Shown in pieces: positions 1 to 10,099 of a DNA stretch of 64,000 nucleotides (position 1 is its first letter; each line of letters opens with the position of its first letter). This stretch comes from an uncultured delta proteobacterium. GTDB taxonomy: Bacteria > Myxococcota > B64-G9. The stretch is taken from positions 288,001-352,000 of the forward strand of contig CAVWHX010000003.1 in the NCBI GenBank assembly GCA_963754925.1, in the 5' to 3' direction. The notes beneath the pieces were generated by a model that was not told the origin of the DNA, did no database searches, and saw only the letters and a program-made list of their open reading frames with translations. Position numbers and translations under genes: made by a program.

Positions 1-352
1 AGAGCCGAACCCCTCGTTCCGTCACCCGGCCTTCCTCGTGCTGGTGCTTGATGTAGGGAAACGAATACACCCCGACTGCGAACACGAAAAAGAAGGTGCA
101 CAGGATCATCAGTACCGACAACCCGTCCGCGCAGAAAAACTCCTCCCAGGCCGTGAGCGTGATGGGCTGGGTCTTGGCGGGCGTTATGACCATCGAGGCC
201 AGGATACACCCGAGCGCCAACCCCGGCAGGGTGCCGAGCGCGAAGATCGCCTTCTGGGCAATCTGGTTGCCTCTGGCGAGAAGAAAGATCAAGGATGCCG
301 CGAGCGGAATGAAGGGAATCCAGGGCAAGAGTTCGGAGATTTCCTTAATCAT
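1..352 (-). CDS. Hydrogenase membrane antiporter-like subunit (HyfF/NuoL-M-N family), N-terminal part; runs off the window edge
   Basis: Manual translation from ATG at 352: MIKEISELLPWIPFIPLAASLIFFLARG...FFCADGLSVLMILC...YSFPYIKHQHEEG. It is hydrophobic with a 'DxLS' motif and directly follows the hyfE-like gene. Confidence 0.75.
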   Translation of the reverse strand, partial: MIKEISELLPWIPFIPLAASLIFLLARGNQIAQKAIFALGTLPGLALGCILASMVITPAKTQPITLTAWEEFFCADGLSVLMILCTFFFVFAVGVYSFPYIKHQHEEGRVTERGVRL

Positions 353-362
353 ATCGGAGTCC

Positions 363-1055
363 TTAATATTTAAGATCCGACAGCTTGACGGTATCGGTTA
401 CCTTCAATTGCTCGACGATCAGTCGGTTGATGTACAAGACCACGAAAATCGATCCGACGAAGTTCGAGAAGATGCCTATTTGCACCATGCCGAGGAGCTT
501 GGGCACCAGATGCACCAGCGACAAATGAATTCCCGCTTCCATGAGCAGGATACCCAGCACCATTTTGAAGGGATGGCGGTGCGTTAGCAGAACCATGATA
601 CCGTACAGAATCAAAAAGACCGCCAGCAGAAGATTCAGGCTGACCTTTTCTCCAAGTTGCTCCAGTGAGCCCGGCGACACGACCAACACAAATGTGTACT
701 TCACGCTGAAAACTAGCATGACCGCGAGCGCGACAGCGGCGAATATCATCGTGCCCCAGACGGATGCCTTCGGAATGTCCTGGGACGGCGGCATCCGGCG
801 CGCCGTGTACAACAGGCCTCCCTTGAAGAAGGGCAGCAGCCAGATGCGCGTCACCGCATAGATCCCCGCCCAACCAAACAGATACTGGTTATCAACCGCG
901 ACGGCATACACGGCGTACACCGCCGTCATGGCAACGGCGACACCAACCATGCAGTAACTGCCGAATTCAAGGGAGGCGGACAACATGGCAATCACGCTCA
1001 AGGCAATGATGGCCACCGTCAAGACAAACACGATATGGGGGATTCCGAGTTCCAT
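363..1055 (-). CDS. Hydrogenase-4 membrane component E-like (HyfE/NuoK-related)
   Basis: 230-aa polytopic membrane protein with C-terminal 'KMVLGILLMEAGIHL'; lies in the hydrogenase operon. Confidence 0.7.
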   Translation of the reverse strand: MELGIPHIVFVLTVAIIALSVIAMLSASLEFGSYCMVGVAVAMTAVYAVYAVAVDNQYLFGWAGIYAVTRIWLLPFFKGGLLYTARRMPPSQDIPKASVWGTMIFAAVALAVMLVFSVKYTFVLVVSPGSLEQLGEKVSLNLLLAVFLILYGIMVLLTHRHPFKMVLGILLMEAGIHLSLVHLVPKLLGMVQIGIFSNFVGSIFVVLYINRLIVEQLKVTDTVKLSDLKY

Positions 1056-1067
1056 CGAGTTCCCTCC

Positions 1068-1577
1068 TCATGCCATTACTTTGGTCCTCGGCGGACCGTC
1101 CCCTTCTTTCCATTGGCACAACTGGGCCACCCGCTCATCGTGATGGCTCCGCGGATGGGGCGGGTCGAGGGGTGTCTGGGTGCGGTAGCAGCGGCCGCAA
1201 CGGTTGCAGGTTCCCATAAAGACCTCCACCTCCATGAGCAGATCCTTCAGGTTATCCGTTGCCGTCTCGAACTGTTGCGTCATGCTCACCGCCTCTTCCG
1301 GACAGACCTCGGCGCAGCGCCCGCAGTACGTGCATCGCTCCAGATGCCAGGCGAACCGCGCCGTGGGGCCGCGATCCTCTACCGAGATCAAGTTCGGCGG
1401 GCAGACGCTGACGCACCCGCCGCAGCCGATGCAGCGGGAGGCATCCACGAGCGGCAGGCCCCTGAAATCTTCAGGGGTCTCGAGCGGCTTATAGGGATAG
1501 GGTAGCGTGACGCGGCCGGCCGACAGGCAGATCACCGCTTCTTTCAACTTTCCGCGCAGCAATTTGAATCCAAGCAT
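1068..1577 (-). CDS. 2x[4Fe-4S] subunit, HycF/HyfH/NuoI-like
   Basis: 'TLPYP...FRG.P' start, CIGCGGCVSVCP and CTYCGRCAEVCP ferredoxin motifs, plus an extra CNRCG. Confidence 0.9.
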   Translation of the reverse strand: MLGFKLLRGKLKEAVICLSAGRVTLPYPYKPLETPEDFRGLPLVDASRCIGCGGCVSVCPPNLISVEDRGPTARFAWHLERCTYCGRCAEVCPEEAVSMTQQFETATDNLKDLLMEVEVFMGTCNRCGRCYRTQTPLDPPHPRSHHDERVAQLCQWKEGDGPPRTKVMA

Positions 1578-1613
1578 TGAAAACTCCTTTTCACCGGCAA
1601 CCTGCGTGGCTGG

Positions 1614-2531
1614 TCAATAGCCGAATGTCGCCAGTCCGACGCCGATTAAGGCGACGCCTATTAACCAGCCGAAGAACCGCAGCGATTGACCGATCTTGAG
1701 CCGCGGGTTGGTCGCGTCCACCAAAGCCACGAGCAAGCTTACGACGATCACCGCCGCATAGTTGATCCCAAAGTTCGCTATCGAGCCGAGTAAGCCCATG
1801 CCGCTGATTCGCGGCAATCCAATGAAGACGTTTACCAACAGCGAGCCGAAGATCAACTGCTTCATGTAGAAGGTCCACTTGAACAGAGCCAGGGATGGTC
1901 CACTATATTCGAGGAACGGCCCCTCCATGATCTCCTGGTCCGCTTCCGGGATGTCGAAGGGCAGTTTCCCGAGCAAGGCCTGCATGCCGAAGAAGTAAAC
2001 AAACAGGGCCAGCAGGGACGAGATGCGCACGGGCGTGCCTACCATCCCCGACAGCAGCAGGGTGTGGCTGCCGAGCCCGGCGACCAACAGGGCGATGATG
2101 ACCGTCGCCTCGACCGTCAACACCATCATCATTTCACGGCTGCTGCCCAGGTGCGAGAAGGGGCTTCCGTGGGCCAGCCCACCCACCATGACGCAGGTTG
2201 AGGACAAGGTGATCAGGTAGATGAAGGGAAAGAGGTCCCCCATCTCTTGCGCCGGCGCGTTCACCCCGAAGGGAACGAAAAAGGCGGCTGCCAGCGTGGC
2301 GGCAAACGCCAGCGGCGGGGCGTAGCGGGCGAAGACGTCGGATTCGCTGACCAAGTCCTCCTTGACCAGCAACTTGACCAGGTCGAGATAGGGCTGCCTA
2401 ATCGGCGGACCCTTCCGGGAATGGACAATAGCCTTGACCTTCCGCATGATCCCTTCCAAAAGCGGCGAGGCAAGCAGCACGGCGAACGTGTAGGCAATCG
2501 TTTTGAGCGTAATGGTCAGGGCTGGATTCAT
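1614..2531 (-). CDS. Membrane subunit HycD/HyfC/NuoH-like
   Basis: 'RKGPPIRQPYLDLVKLLVKE' and 'KLPFDIPEADQEIMEGPFLEYSG' motifs. The ATG at 2531 overlaps the large-subunit stop (ATGA). Confidence 0.9.
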   Translation of the reverse strand: MNPALTITLKTIAYTFAVLLASPLLEGIMRKVKAIVHSRKGPPIRQPYLDLVKLLVKEDLVSESDVFARYAPPLAFAATLAAAFFVPFGVNAPAQEMGDLFPFIYLITLSSTCVMVGGLAHGSPFSHLGSSREMMMVLTVEATVIIALLVAGLGSHTLLLSGMVGTPVRISSLLALFVYFFGMQALLGKLPFDIPEADQEIMEGPFLEYSGPSLALFKWTFYMKQLIFGSLLVNVFIGLPRISGMGLLGSIANFGINYAAVIVVSLLVALVDATNPRLKIGQSLRFFGWLIGVALIGVGLATFGY

Positions 2532-4225
2532 CGTCCCCTCCCGTTCCCTCGGGTAAACTTCCTGCGGGCCAACGCCGTAAGTTCCCGGGCGGAATACACC
2601 CGTATTCGACCCGAGCGTACATCCACGGTCTGGAGGCGATCGGTGCAGGAGAAGCACGGGTCCATGCTGCCGAGCGTGATCGGAACGTCCGCGATGGTCA
2701 TCCCCGTGAGCGAGACAGCCAGCGACTGCAGGTTGGCGTAGCTCGGTGCCCGCACGCGCCATCGGTAGGGCCGGGCGTTTTCTCCGGTCATGACGTAGTG
2801 GATGACCTCGCCGCGCGGGGCCTCAACCGCCGAGATGCCCTCTTTACCGGGCGGAATGGGTTCGCCGATCTCCGTAAGGACCGGTCCGTCCGGCATCTCC
2901 GCCAAAAGCTGCCGGATCACGCGAATTGATTCCAGCGTCTCCTCGAGTCTCACCAGCGTGCGGGCAGCGCAGTCGTTGGTGGTTTTAAAAACGCCCTTCA
3001 CGTCAACCCGGTCAAAGGCGGCGTAAGGATGATCAATGCGCACATCGATCGGCTGGTTGGAGCCGCGGCCGGTCGGACCCACCGCGCCGAGCGCGCGGGC
3101 ATCCTGCGAACGGAGCACGCCCACCTTGGAAAGCCGCATCAAAAGCGGCGTATCGTCGAGGACCGCGGAGTGGACCTTGACAAACTCCCGTTCGACTTCG
3201 TCCAGGACCGTGAGAATCTCGGGATGCATCTCCTTGGGGATGTCGCGCCGCACGCCGCCGATCAAGTTCATCCCAAAGGTCTTGCGGTTGCCGGTGAGCT
3301 TTTCCATTAACCACATGACAGGCTCGCGAATGCGCCAGCTCTGCATCAACACGGTGTCGAAGCCCAGGATGTGACCGGCGATGCCGAGCCACAGGAGGTG
3401 GCTGTGCACACGCTCCAGTTCCAGGACGAGCGAGCGTATGTACTTGGCCCGCAACGGGACTTCGATTTCCCCGGCGTTCTCCACCGCTTGGACATAGGAC
3501 GTCGAATGGACGAAGCCGCAAATGCCGCAGATACGCTCGGCCACGAAGGGGATCTCGTTGTAGGTTAGCTTCGAGTCCCCAAGCTTCTCAATCCCGCGGT
3601 GGCAGAAGAAACCGCGGTAGTCGAGCCCCAGCACGTCCTCTCCTTCGACGAACACCTTAATGAAGACCGGCTCCTCTAAGACGGGGAAGAAGGGACCGAT
3701 CGGTATCGTCACCGAATGTCCCGGCGGGGCCGCCAGCGGCTGGGCGGCGTTGGCCACCGGTTCGGGCCGAAAGTTGTATGGGAAGTCCCTCCGCAAGGGA
3801 TGCATGCCCTCCGGCCAGTCGTCGGCCAGAACCAGCCGGCGCGGGTCGGGATGACCGTCCGCCTTGATACCCACCAAGTCTTGGAACTCGCGCTCCGCCC
3901 AGGCGGCGGCGGGGACCGTGGGAGTGATAGAGGCAACCGTTGGGTCGTCGGCCGGCGTCTGGGTCCTCAAGATAACCCACGTCTTGCGGCGGTCCTGCGA
4001 GAAGATGTGATTGACCCGGAAACCCTGCCCCTGCTCGCGCATGTCGGTGCCCACGCTTATCACGAAGCGGGCGTCCAGGGTCTGGTCGATGACGCGTGCC
4101 GCGGCCGGAAGGTCCTTAGGGGAAACCACGATCCCGACCGCCTCGGAACCGATGGCGAAGCTTTCCCGCACGTTCGCGCCGAGATGGGAGCGAAGCTCTT
4201 GAACTATGAGAGTTGGGTCACCCAT
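2528..4225 (-). CDS. Group-4 [NiFe]-hydrogenase large subunit (NuoC+NuoD-like fusion, HycE/HyfG type)
   Basis: Ni-ligand motifs RICGIC and DPCFSC(TDR) followed by a cleavable-type C-terminal extension; N-terminal NuoC-like 'ERE..DL.GI...GHPDPRRL'. Confidence 0.93.
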   Translation of the reverse strand: MGDPTLIVQELRSHLGANVRESFAIGSEAVGIVVSPKDLPAAARVIDQTLDARFVISVGTDMREQGQGFRVNHIFSQDRRKTWVILRTQTPADDPTVASITPTVPAAAWAEREFQDLVGIKADGHPDPRRLVLADDWPEGMHPLRRDFPYNFRPEPVANAAQPLAAPPGHSVTIPIGPFFPVLEEPVFIKVFVEGEDVLGLDYRGFFCHRGIEKLGDSKLTYNEIPFVAERICGICGFVHSTSYVQAVENAGEIEVPLRAKYIRSLVLELERVHSHLLWLGIAGHILGFDTVLMQSWRIREPVMWLMEKLTGNRKTFGMNLIGGVRRDIPKEMHPEILTVLDEVEREFVKVHSAVLDDTPLLMRLSKVGVLRSQDARALGAVGPTGRGSNQPIDVRIDHPYAAFDRVDVKGVFKTTNDCAARTLVRLEETLESIRVIRQLLAEMPDGPVLTEIGEPIPPGKEGISAVEAPRGEVIHYVMTGENARPYRWRVRAPSYANLQSLAVSLTGMTIADVPITLGSMDPCFSCTDRLQTVDVRSGRIRVYSARELTALARRKFTRGNGRGR

Positions 4226-4238
4226 GGTCTGTACTCCT

Positions 4239-6251
4239 TTACCAGAACATTAAGAATAAGAACGCCGCGACCAGGCCGATCACGACCCACAGGGCATACA
4301 CCTGCGTGATGCCCACATGGCTTTTTGCCACGAACCTAAACAATCGCAGCGTCCCCTGCGCCAGCGGCTCGTAGCCCCACCGATCCGGGTTAAGCACCCT
4401 GGCCACCACGGGCCACGGCTTGGGCCGCCAGGACACGTGCCAGTCCGGCAGGAGCACGCGGGCGAACTTCTTGAACGGGGTGTGATAGCTGTCCGCCTTG
4501 AATCGGAGCTGCTCGGGCGCAACCTCGGAGCCGCAGCTCCACACCGCCACCTCGCGGCGCGGGGCGGCGGCGAGCCGCCGAATCATCAGCGCAACCACGA
4601 AAGCCGCCACCAGGAGAAGCCCGGTCAGCACCGGCGACCAGAGTCCGACCACGGCGACTTCGTCGCGGACCCCGAGCACGAGGAAGGAGTTGCCGAAAAG
4701 CTCCACGAAAGAGGGTAAACGCGCTTGTAGCAGCGGCCCGGCCGCCGCGTGGCCAAGCCATGCCCCGGCGTGGGGTATGATACCGAGGCCGACGCACAGC
4801 AGCGCCAAGAAGAGCTGGCTCACGGAAAGCCACGGACCCTCCTGGTACTTCTTGACGGCGAGCACCGTCGGCGATGGGGCGCCCAGAACCGTGGATCCCA
4901 TGAACTTGACGAAGGAGGCCAGCGTCACGGCGGATATAAAGATGGCCGCGATGCCGAAGAAAAGGAAGAGCAGCGCCGCCGGGCCGCCGCTCCAGATGGA
5001 GGCATGGTAGAGCAACCACTTGCTGGCGAATCCGTTGAAGGGCGGCAAACCGGAGATCGAGAAGGAAGCCACGACCGTCGCGAGCGTTGTTAAAGGCAGG
5101 AATTTTCCCAGTCCGCCCAAGTTGTTCAAGTCCCGCTCGCCGGTAGTGAATTCGAACGTTCCGGCATTGAGGAAGAGCAGGCCTTTGAAGCAGGCGTGGT
5201 TGATCAGATGGAACAGCCCCCCAATCAAGCCAACGGCGGCGATGGTCGGGTTGATCTCGATACAGGCCAACCCGATCCCGAAGCCCAGCAGCATATAACC
5301 CACCTGACCGATGGAGTGGTAGGCCAGCAACCGTTTCGAGTCATGCTGCATGAGCGCCGCCATGGTGCCGAAGAAGAGCGACAGCGTTCCGAAGGCGGCG
5401 ATCACCACCCCCCAGGCAAAACTATAAGAACCGACCGGCAAAAACTGGAAGAACACCCGCAGGATACCGTAGAGCCCCATCTTGATCATCACGCCCGAAA
5501 GGAGCGCAGAGACCGGCGACGGCGCGGCCGGGTGGGCATCGGGCAACCACCACATGCCAAATGGGAAGGCGCCGGCCTTGACCAGAAATCCAAGCAATAT
5601 AAGCAGCAATGCCAGGTGGGCGACGAGGGGCTGCGCGGCGATGAGGCCCGGCAGGGAACGGGTGATCTCCTCGAAGCGAAACGAGCCGCCGCCGTTCTGG
5701 ACCAGGAGAACGACGCCGAAGAACAGGGCCACCGTCCCGGTATGGGTGATGAAAAAGTACTTGAAGCCGGCTTTCAGGTTCTCTTGACGCTCCTTATGGA
5801 AGATGACCAGTCCGTAGGAGCAGAGCGCCATGATCTCCCAGGGGACGAAGAAGAAGAAGAAATCGTCCACGACGACGACGCCGGCCATGCTCCCGATGAA
5901 AAGTAAAAACAGGGGAAAGAAGCCCCGTTCGTGGCCCTGCATCGTGGCCGTGTAGGTCATTGAGAACCAGGTGGCGGCTATCGCGATGGCGGTAATTACC
6001 AGCAGTACGACGGCGGAGAGGGCGTCCACCCGAATGGCGAGCGAGGCGTTGAGTATTCCCGGCTTCCAGATCTCGATCGGACCGATAGGGACACCGCTCC
6101 CCAGAATCTGCGCCGCGACGGCGATAAAGAGCGCCCCCGCCGACAAGACGCTTATGCAGGTGACGGCTCGGGACAGTCGCCCCGAGGTGAAAACCGTAAC
6201 CAGCGCGGCCGCGGCCAAAATGCCGAATGCGGTAAAAAGCAAAGACTCCAT
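4239..6251 (-). CDS. Proton-translocating antiporter-like subunit, HyfB/HycC-like
   Basis: 'WLPDAHPAAPSPVSALLSG', 'KRLLAYHSIGQVG', 'GLPPFNGFASKW'. Confidence 0.9.
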   Translation of the reverse strand: MESLLFTAFGILAAAALVTVFTSGRLSRAVTCISVLSAGALFIAVAAQILGSGVPIGPIEIWKPGILNASLAIRVDALSAVVLLVITAIAIAATWFSMTYTATMQGHERGFFPLFLLFIGSMAGVVVVDDFFFFFVPWEIMALCSYGLVIFHKERQENLKAGFKYFFITHTGTVALFFGVVLLVQNGGGSFRFEEITRSLPGLIAAQPLVAHLALLLILLGFLVKAGAFPFGMWWLPDAHPAAPSPVSALLSGVMIKMGLYGILRVFFQFLPVGSYSFAWGVVIAAFGTLSLFFGTMAALMQHDSKRLLAYHSIGQVGYMLLGFGIGLACIEINPTIAAVGLIGGLFHLINHACFKGLLFLNAGTFEFTTGERDLNNLGGLGKFLPLTTLATVVASFSISGLPPFNGFASKWLLYHASIWSGGPAALLFLFFGIAAIFISAVTLASFVKFMGSTVLGAPSPTVLAVKKYQEGPWLSVSQLFLALLCVGLGIIPHAGAWLGHAAAGPLLQARLPSFVELFGNSFLVLGVRDEVAVVGLWSPVLTGLLLVAAFVVALMIRRLAAAPRREVAVWSCGSEVAPEQLRFKADSYHTPFKKFARVLLPDWHVSWRPKPWPVVARVLNPDRWGYEPLAQGTLRLFRFVAKSHVGITQVYALWVVIGLVAAFLFLMFW

Positions 6252-6271
6252 GGTCGCCCCTTCCAATAACG

Positions 6272-7735
6272 CTACAGGCTTTCCAAGAACGGATAGACGA
6301 TGGCCGGCATCACGAGCGTCAGTGCGGCCACCGCGATGAGGATTCCGTCCACGACCACAGCACCCGGCTCACGCTGGGCGGCTTTCACACTCGCAGACGG
6401 CTCCCCGAACAACACCTTCTGCCCCACCCTCAAGAACCAGAAGAAGGTCAAAATAATCTCCAGCAAAAACGGCACGACAATCAACCACGGTGCGATCCCC
6501 TTCAGCTCGAGGATGCCGATGACGAGCAGCAGCTTGCTCCAGAAGCAGGAGAGCGGCGGAATGCCGGTCACGGCCAGAAGGCCGATGAAGAAACAGATCG
6601 AGACGACCGGCATTTTTCGGTACAGGCCCGAGATCTGGGAGATCGACTTCACCCCCAGGCGCATCGCCATGACCCCCACGCAGAGAAACAGCAGCGCCTT
6701 GGCGGGCGCGTGGCAGGCTATGTGAAACACCCCGGCGCGAAAGCCGGTCTTAGACCCCAGCATGAACAGGGACAGCCCCAGCATGATATAGCCGAGTTGG
6801 GCGATGGTGGAGAAGGCCAGGAAGCGCTTGAGGTCGTCTTGGTAGAAATAGAAGATCAGGGCAACGACCATCGTGATAAGCGCCAGGCCGGCCATCAATC
6901 CGCCCATCCAGGTGGGCAGGGTGCCGGTCTCGTAGATGACCCGCGCCATGAGGTAGACACCCGCTTTCACCATAGCCGCTGCATGGAGATAGGCCGAGAT
7001 CGGCGTGGGGGCTTCCATGGCGTCCGGCAACCAGGTAAACAGCGGCACTTGGGCTGACTTGGCCGTGGCGGCGATCAGGAGGAAGACGAAGACGACCCCC
7101 TGGGCCTCGGGGCCCAACCTTCTGAGCGCCTCGAAGCTGAAGCTGCCGGTCAGCGAGTACACGATGGCGATGGCGCAGAAGAAAAAGACTCCGCCGATGT
7201 GGGTCATCACCAACGCCTTGAACCCGGCCCGAACTGATGTCACCTGGTGGATACGGTGCGAGATCAAGACATACGAGCAGAACGTGGTGATTTCCCAGAA
7301 GATGAAGAGCACCAACAGGTTTCCTGCCAGGGCCACGCCGACCATGGCACCGATGAATAGGGAGAGGAAGAAGTAGTAACGGCCGTTGCCCTCGTGGTTC
7401 TGGATGGGATGCTCCCGGTTACCCGGTCCCATGTAGAAGATCGAGAAGGCCATAACCGCCAAGCCGATGATCAACACGACCAGCAGCAAAATCGCTCCGA
7501 GCGCATCCAGCCGCAGTGGGAGCGATCCGTCGCTGGGAAGCCAGGGAAGTTGCGTCAGAGAGGACTGGAGGGGGAAGTCCGCCATCCCGCCGAAGACCAC
7601 CGCCAGGCCAATGATCAGATAGCCTACCGGGAGAATGAACGCCAGGATATCCTGGGTTTTTCCCCGCGCCAGGAAGAGGATGACTGCGCCAACAAACGGA
7701 CAAGCCAAAAGTACAACGAGGTGTTCCGAATTCAT
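6272..7735 (-). CDS. Antiporter-like subunit, HyfD/NuoL-like
   Basis: 'KSAQVPLFTWLPDAMEAPTPISAYLHAAAMVKAGVY'; probable start MNSEHL at 7735. Confidence 0.9.
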   Translation of the reverse strand: MNSEHLVVLLACPFVGAVILFLARGKTQDILAFILPVGYLIIGLAVVFGGMADFPLQSSLTQLPWLPSDGSLPLRLDALGAILLLVVLIIGLAVMAFSIFYMGPGNREHPIQNHEGNGRYYFFLSLFIGAMVGVALAGNLLVLFIFWEITTFCSYVLISHRIHQVTSVRAGFKALVMTHIGGVFFFCAIAIVYSLTGSFSFEALRRLGPEAQGVVFVFLLIAATAKSAQVPLFTWLPDAMEAPTPISAYLHAAAMVKAGVYLMARVIYETGTLPTWMGGLMAGLALITMVVALIFYFYQDDLKRFLAFSTIAQLGYIMLGLSLFMLGSKTGFRAGVFHIACHAPAKALLFLCVGVMAMRLGVKSISQISGLYRKMPVVSICFFIGLLAVTGIPPLSCFWSKLLLVIGILELKGIAPWLIVVPFLLEIILTFFWFLRVGQKVLFGEPSASVKAAQREPGAVVVDGILIAVAALTLVMPAIVYPFLESL

Positions 7736-7770
7736 GGGTATACCCGTTATGGTTGTACAGACATCGTTTG

Positions 7771-8232
7771 TTACCTCTCGCCAGACCAACGACGAAAGAA
7801 TTTTTCCAGCGCTTCTACGCCGGCCGCTACGCGAGAACTCAAGCACGATTGCTCGGCGATGACTGCCGGTTGCATGCCAAGCAGGAAAACGGATGCTCCC
7901 GTGCGTTGTTGAAGGTAGATCATGCTGGTTTCGAGCGAGGCGCCATGAGTGCCGCCGACACCGGACCTCAAGGTCTTCGCATCCAGGACCGCCATGTGGC
8001 CTGGCTCGGCCCCCATGTCCACGGCGTCGGCTATCAATACGGTGTCGGGACGCTTCTCCGCGATGTCACCGGTGTAATCCTCCAGCCGGTCCCCACAGTC
8101 GATGGCATGAAGGTTCGGCGATGGGGCAAGCCTCCGGACGAGCCGCGGCCCGAAGCCGTCGTCCCCCCGCTCGACGGCGCCGACGCCGGCCACGACCACC
8201 CTGCCCTTCAGTATTTCCAATATCTTCTCCAC
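7771..8232 (-). CDS. Hydrogenase maturation endopeptidase (HycI-like)
   Basis: 'G.G...RGDDGFG', 'DAVDMG.EPG' and 'THG.SL' motifs; probable GTG start at 8232. Confidence 0.85.
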   Translation of the reverse strand: MEKILEILKGRVVVAGVGAVERGDDGFGPRLVRRLAPSPNLHAIDCGDRLEDYTGDIAEKRPDTVLIADAVDMGAEPGHMAVLDAKTLRSGVGGTHGASLETSMIYLQQRTGASVFLLGMQPAVIAEQSCLSSRVAAGVEALEKFFRRWSGER

Positions 8233-8233
8233 G

Positions 8234-9061
8234 TCAGGCCCTCTCCGGCAAGGTGCTGATCTGTTCGAAATTGTATACCGGGCCGTCCACGCACAAGTAG
8301 TGATGGCCGACGCAGCAATGCCCACACTTGCCGACCCCGCACTTCATATAGCGTTCCAGCGTGGTGACGATGTTTTTGTCCCGCAGGCCCAACTTCTGCA
8401 GCTCAGCCACCACAAATTTCAGCATGATCGGCGGCCCGCAGGTAAAGGCCATGGTTGAGGCGGGGGTTATCCGCAACGATTTAACCAGCTCGGTGACCAG
8501 ACCCACCCGGCCCTTCCACGCGCCGTCCCCCCGGTCGACCGTCGTTGCCAAGTGCAACTGGTCCGATGTCGCCCATTCAGCCAGTTCCTTTTTGTAGACC
8601 AGGTCGGCTGGGGTGCGGGCTCCGTATAGGACATGAACCGTCCCGTAATCCCTGCGGTGGTCAAGGACGTAGTTGATAAACGACCGCAGCGGGGGCAGGC
8701 CGATGCCGCCCCCGACGAAGATCAGGTCCTTGCCCTTGGCTTCCTCATACGGAAAGCTGTTTCCAAAAGGCCCGCGCAATCCGACGACATCACCCACCTC
8801 GTAATCGTGGAGCCGGTCGGTCAGCGAGCCGGTTTTACGAACCGTCACTTCGATGAAGCGCGCGCGCGTGGCGCTCTGGCACAGGCAGAAGGGCGCCTCG
8901 CCGGCCCCGAACACCGACAGCTCCACGAACTGACCCGGCTTGTAGCTTTCTCGCCACCCGATCTCATCCGCCGATAAAAAGTACGTCCGGGTATCGGGGG
9001 TCTCATCGTCGATGCGTTTGATGACCGACAGATCCGGCCAATAGATGGTCTTAGATGGCAT
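8234..9061 (-). CDS. FAD/NAD(P)-binding [2Fe-2S] oxidoreductase (AsrB / sulfhydrogenase gamma / PyrK-like)
   Basis: 'PGQF', 'RGPFGN', 'GGGIGLPPL', 'CGPPIM', 'MKCGVGKCGHC...CVDGP'. Confidence 0.9.
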   Translation of the reverse strand: MPSKTIYWPDLSVIKRIDDETPDTRTYFLSADEIGWRESYKPGQFVELSVFGAGEAPFCLCQSATRARFIEVTVRKTGSLTDRLHDYEVGDVVGLRGPFGNSFPYEEAKGKDLIFVGGGIGLPPLRSFINYVLDHRRDYGTVHVLYGARTPADLVYKKELAEWATSDQLHLATTVDRGDGAWKGRVGLVTELVKSLRITPASTMAFTCGPPIMLKFVVAELQKLGLRDKNIVTTLERYMKCGVGKCGHCCVGHHYLCVDGPVYNFEQISTLPERA

Positions 9062-10085
9062 CCTTGATCCTCCCCAGAACGCTTCCGATGTCGAGCCCTC
9101 CCATGCACGTGGTCACGCAGCGGCCGCAGCCCACGCACCCGTGGCGGCCCATCTTTTCAATGCACTGGTAGCTCATCTTGTGGAAGAAGCGCCGCTTCAG
9201 TCGCTCGCCGCCCGTGGCCCGCGGGTTGTGGTTGGAGGCCTCGCGCGTGAAGCCGGCGTAGAGACAGCAATCCCACGTTCGCTCGCGCACGAAGGCGTCC
9301 GGGCCGGTTTCCCGATCCGTAATGGTAAAGCAGGAGCAGGTGGGACAGACGAAGTCGCAGCCGCCGCAGGACTGGCAGTCCTCCGCCCACTGATCCCATT
9401 TGTCGGAGGGGATCTTGTTAAGCGAGAGCGCCTTGATGCCGGCGGACATATATGAACGCCGGGTAAACAACGAGTCAACCCGTTCAACCAACGCTCGTTT
9501 CAGTTGCTTTTCTCGATCCGTGGCCGGAGAGAAAAGTTTGCCGCCTTTCTTGATCGCCGCTTCTCCTTTGGGCGTCCCCACCTCGACCAGGAATCTGTCG
9601 TTAAGGTCTGTGAACTGCAGGTCGAAGTGCTGGGTCAAAAAGGGTCCCCCTTCGCAACATACGCAGAAGCAGTACTCCCCCGGCTTCTGGCACGCGAGGG
9701 TCATGCGTAGGCCGCTTCGGATTTTTCCGGTGATGCTGTCGTCATCGAAGCCCCGCTCCGCAAAGAAACTCTCGAGAGATTTCAACGCCGTGGCGTCGCA
9801 GGAGCGCATGCCGAAGATGGCGACCGGCCTTGATTCGATCGCAGGGGTGAGCTTAGGAGGCCGCCTCCCTTCGATGCTGAACAGGATCTCCCGCCGCTCG
9901 AAGAAGAAGGACTTGGGAGGCAGCAGTGTGTTAACGTAGTCGAGCTCCGGGATCTGGCCGGGCGAGAGCGTATCGAAGACGACTTCGTCCGGTCCAATCT
10001 TCTTCGGGGCCACCACCTCGAACTCGTCTTCCAGGCGACTCAGGAAGGCCGCCAGATCCGTTTTCTGAATGACGCATGGGTTCAT
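9051..10085 (-). CDS. [4Fe-4S] dicluster protein (AsrA / sulfhydrogenase beta-like)
   Basis: 'G.RSCD', 'CFC', 'CQSCGGCDFVCPTCSCF', 'WDCC', 'RFFHK', 'CVGCGRCVTTC'. Confidence 0.88.
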   Translation of the reverse strand: MNPCVIQKTDLAAFLSRLEDEFEVVAPKKIGPDEVVFDTLSPGQIPELDYVNTLLPPKSFFFERREILFSIEGRRPPKLTPAIESRPVAIFGMRSCDATALKSLESFFAERGFDDDSITGKIRSGLRMTLACQKPGEYCFCVCCEGGPFLTQHFDLQFTDLNDRFLVEVGTPKGEAAIKKGGKLFSPATDREKQLKRALVERVDSLFTRRSYMSAGIKALSLNKIPSDKWDQWAEDCQSCGGCDFVCPTCSCFTITDRETGPDAFVRERTWDCCLYAGFTREASNHNPRATGGERLKRRFFHKMSYQCIEKMGRHGCVGCGRCVTTCMGGLDIGSVLGRIKDAI

Positions 10086-10099
10086 GCTTAGGCTCCTGA

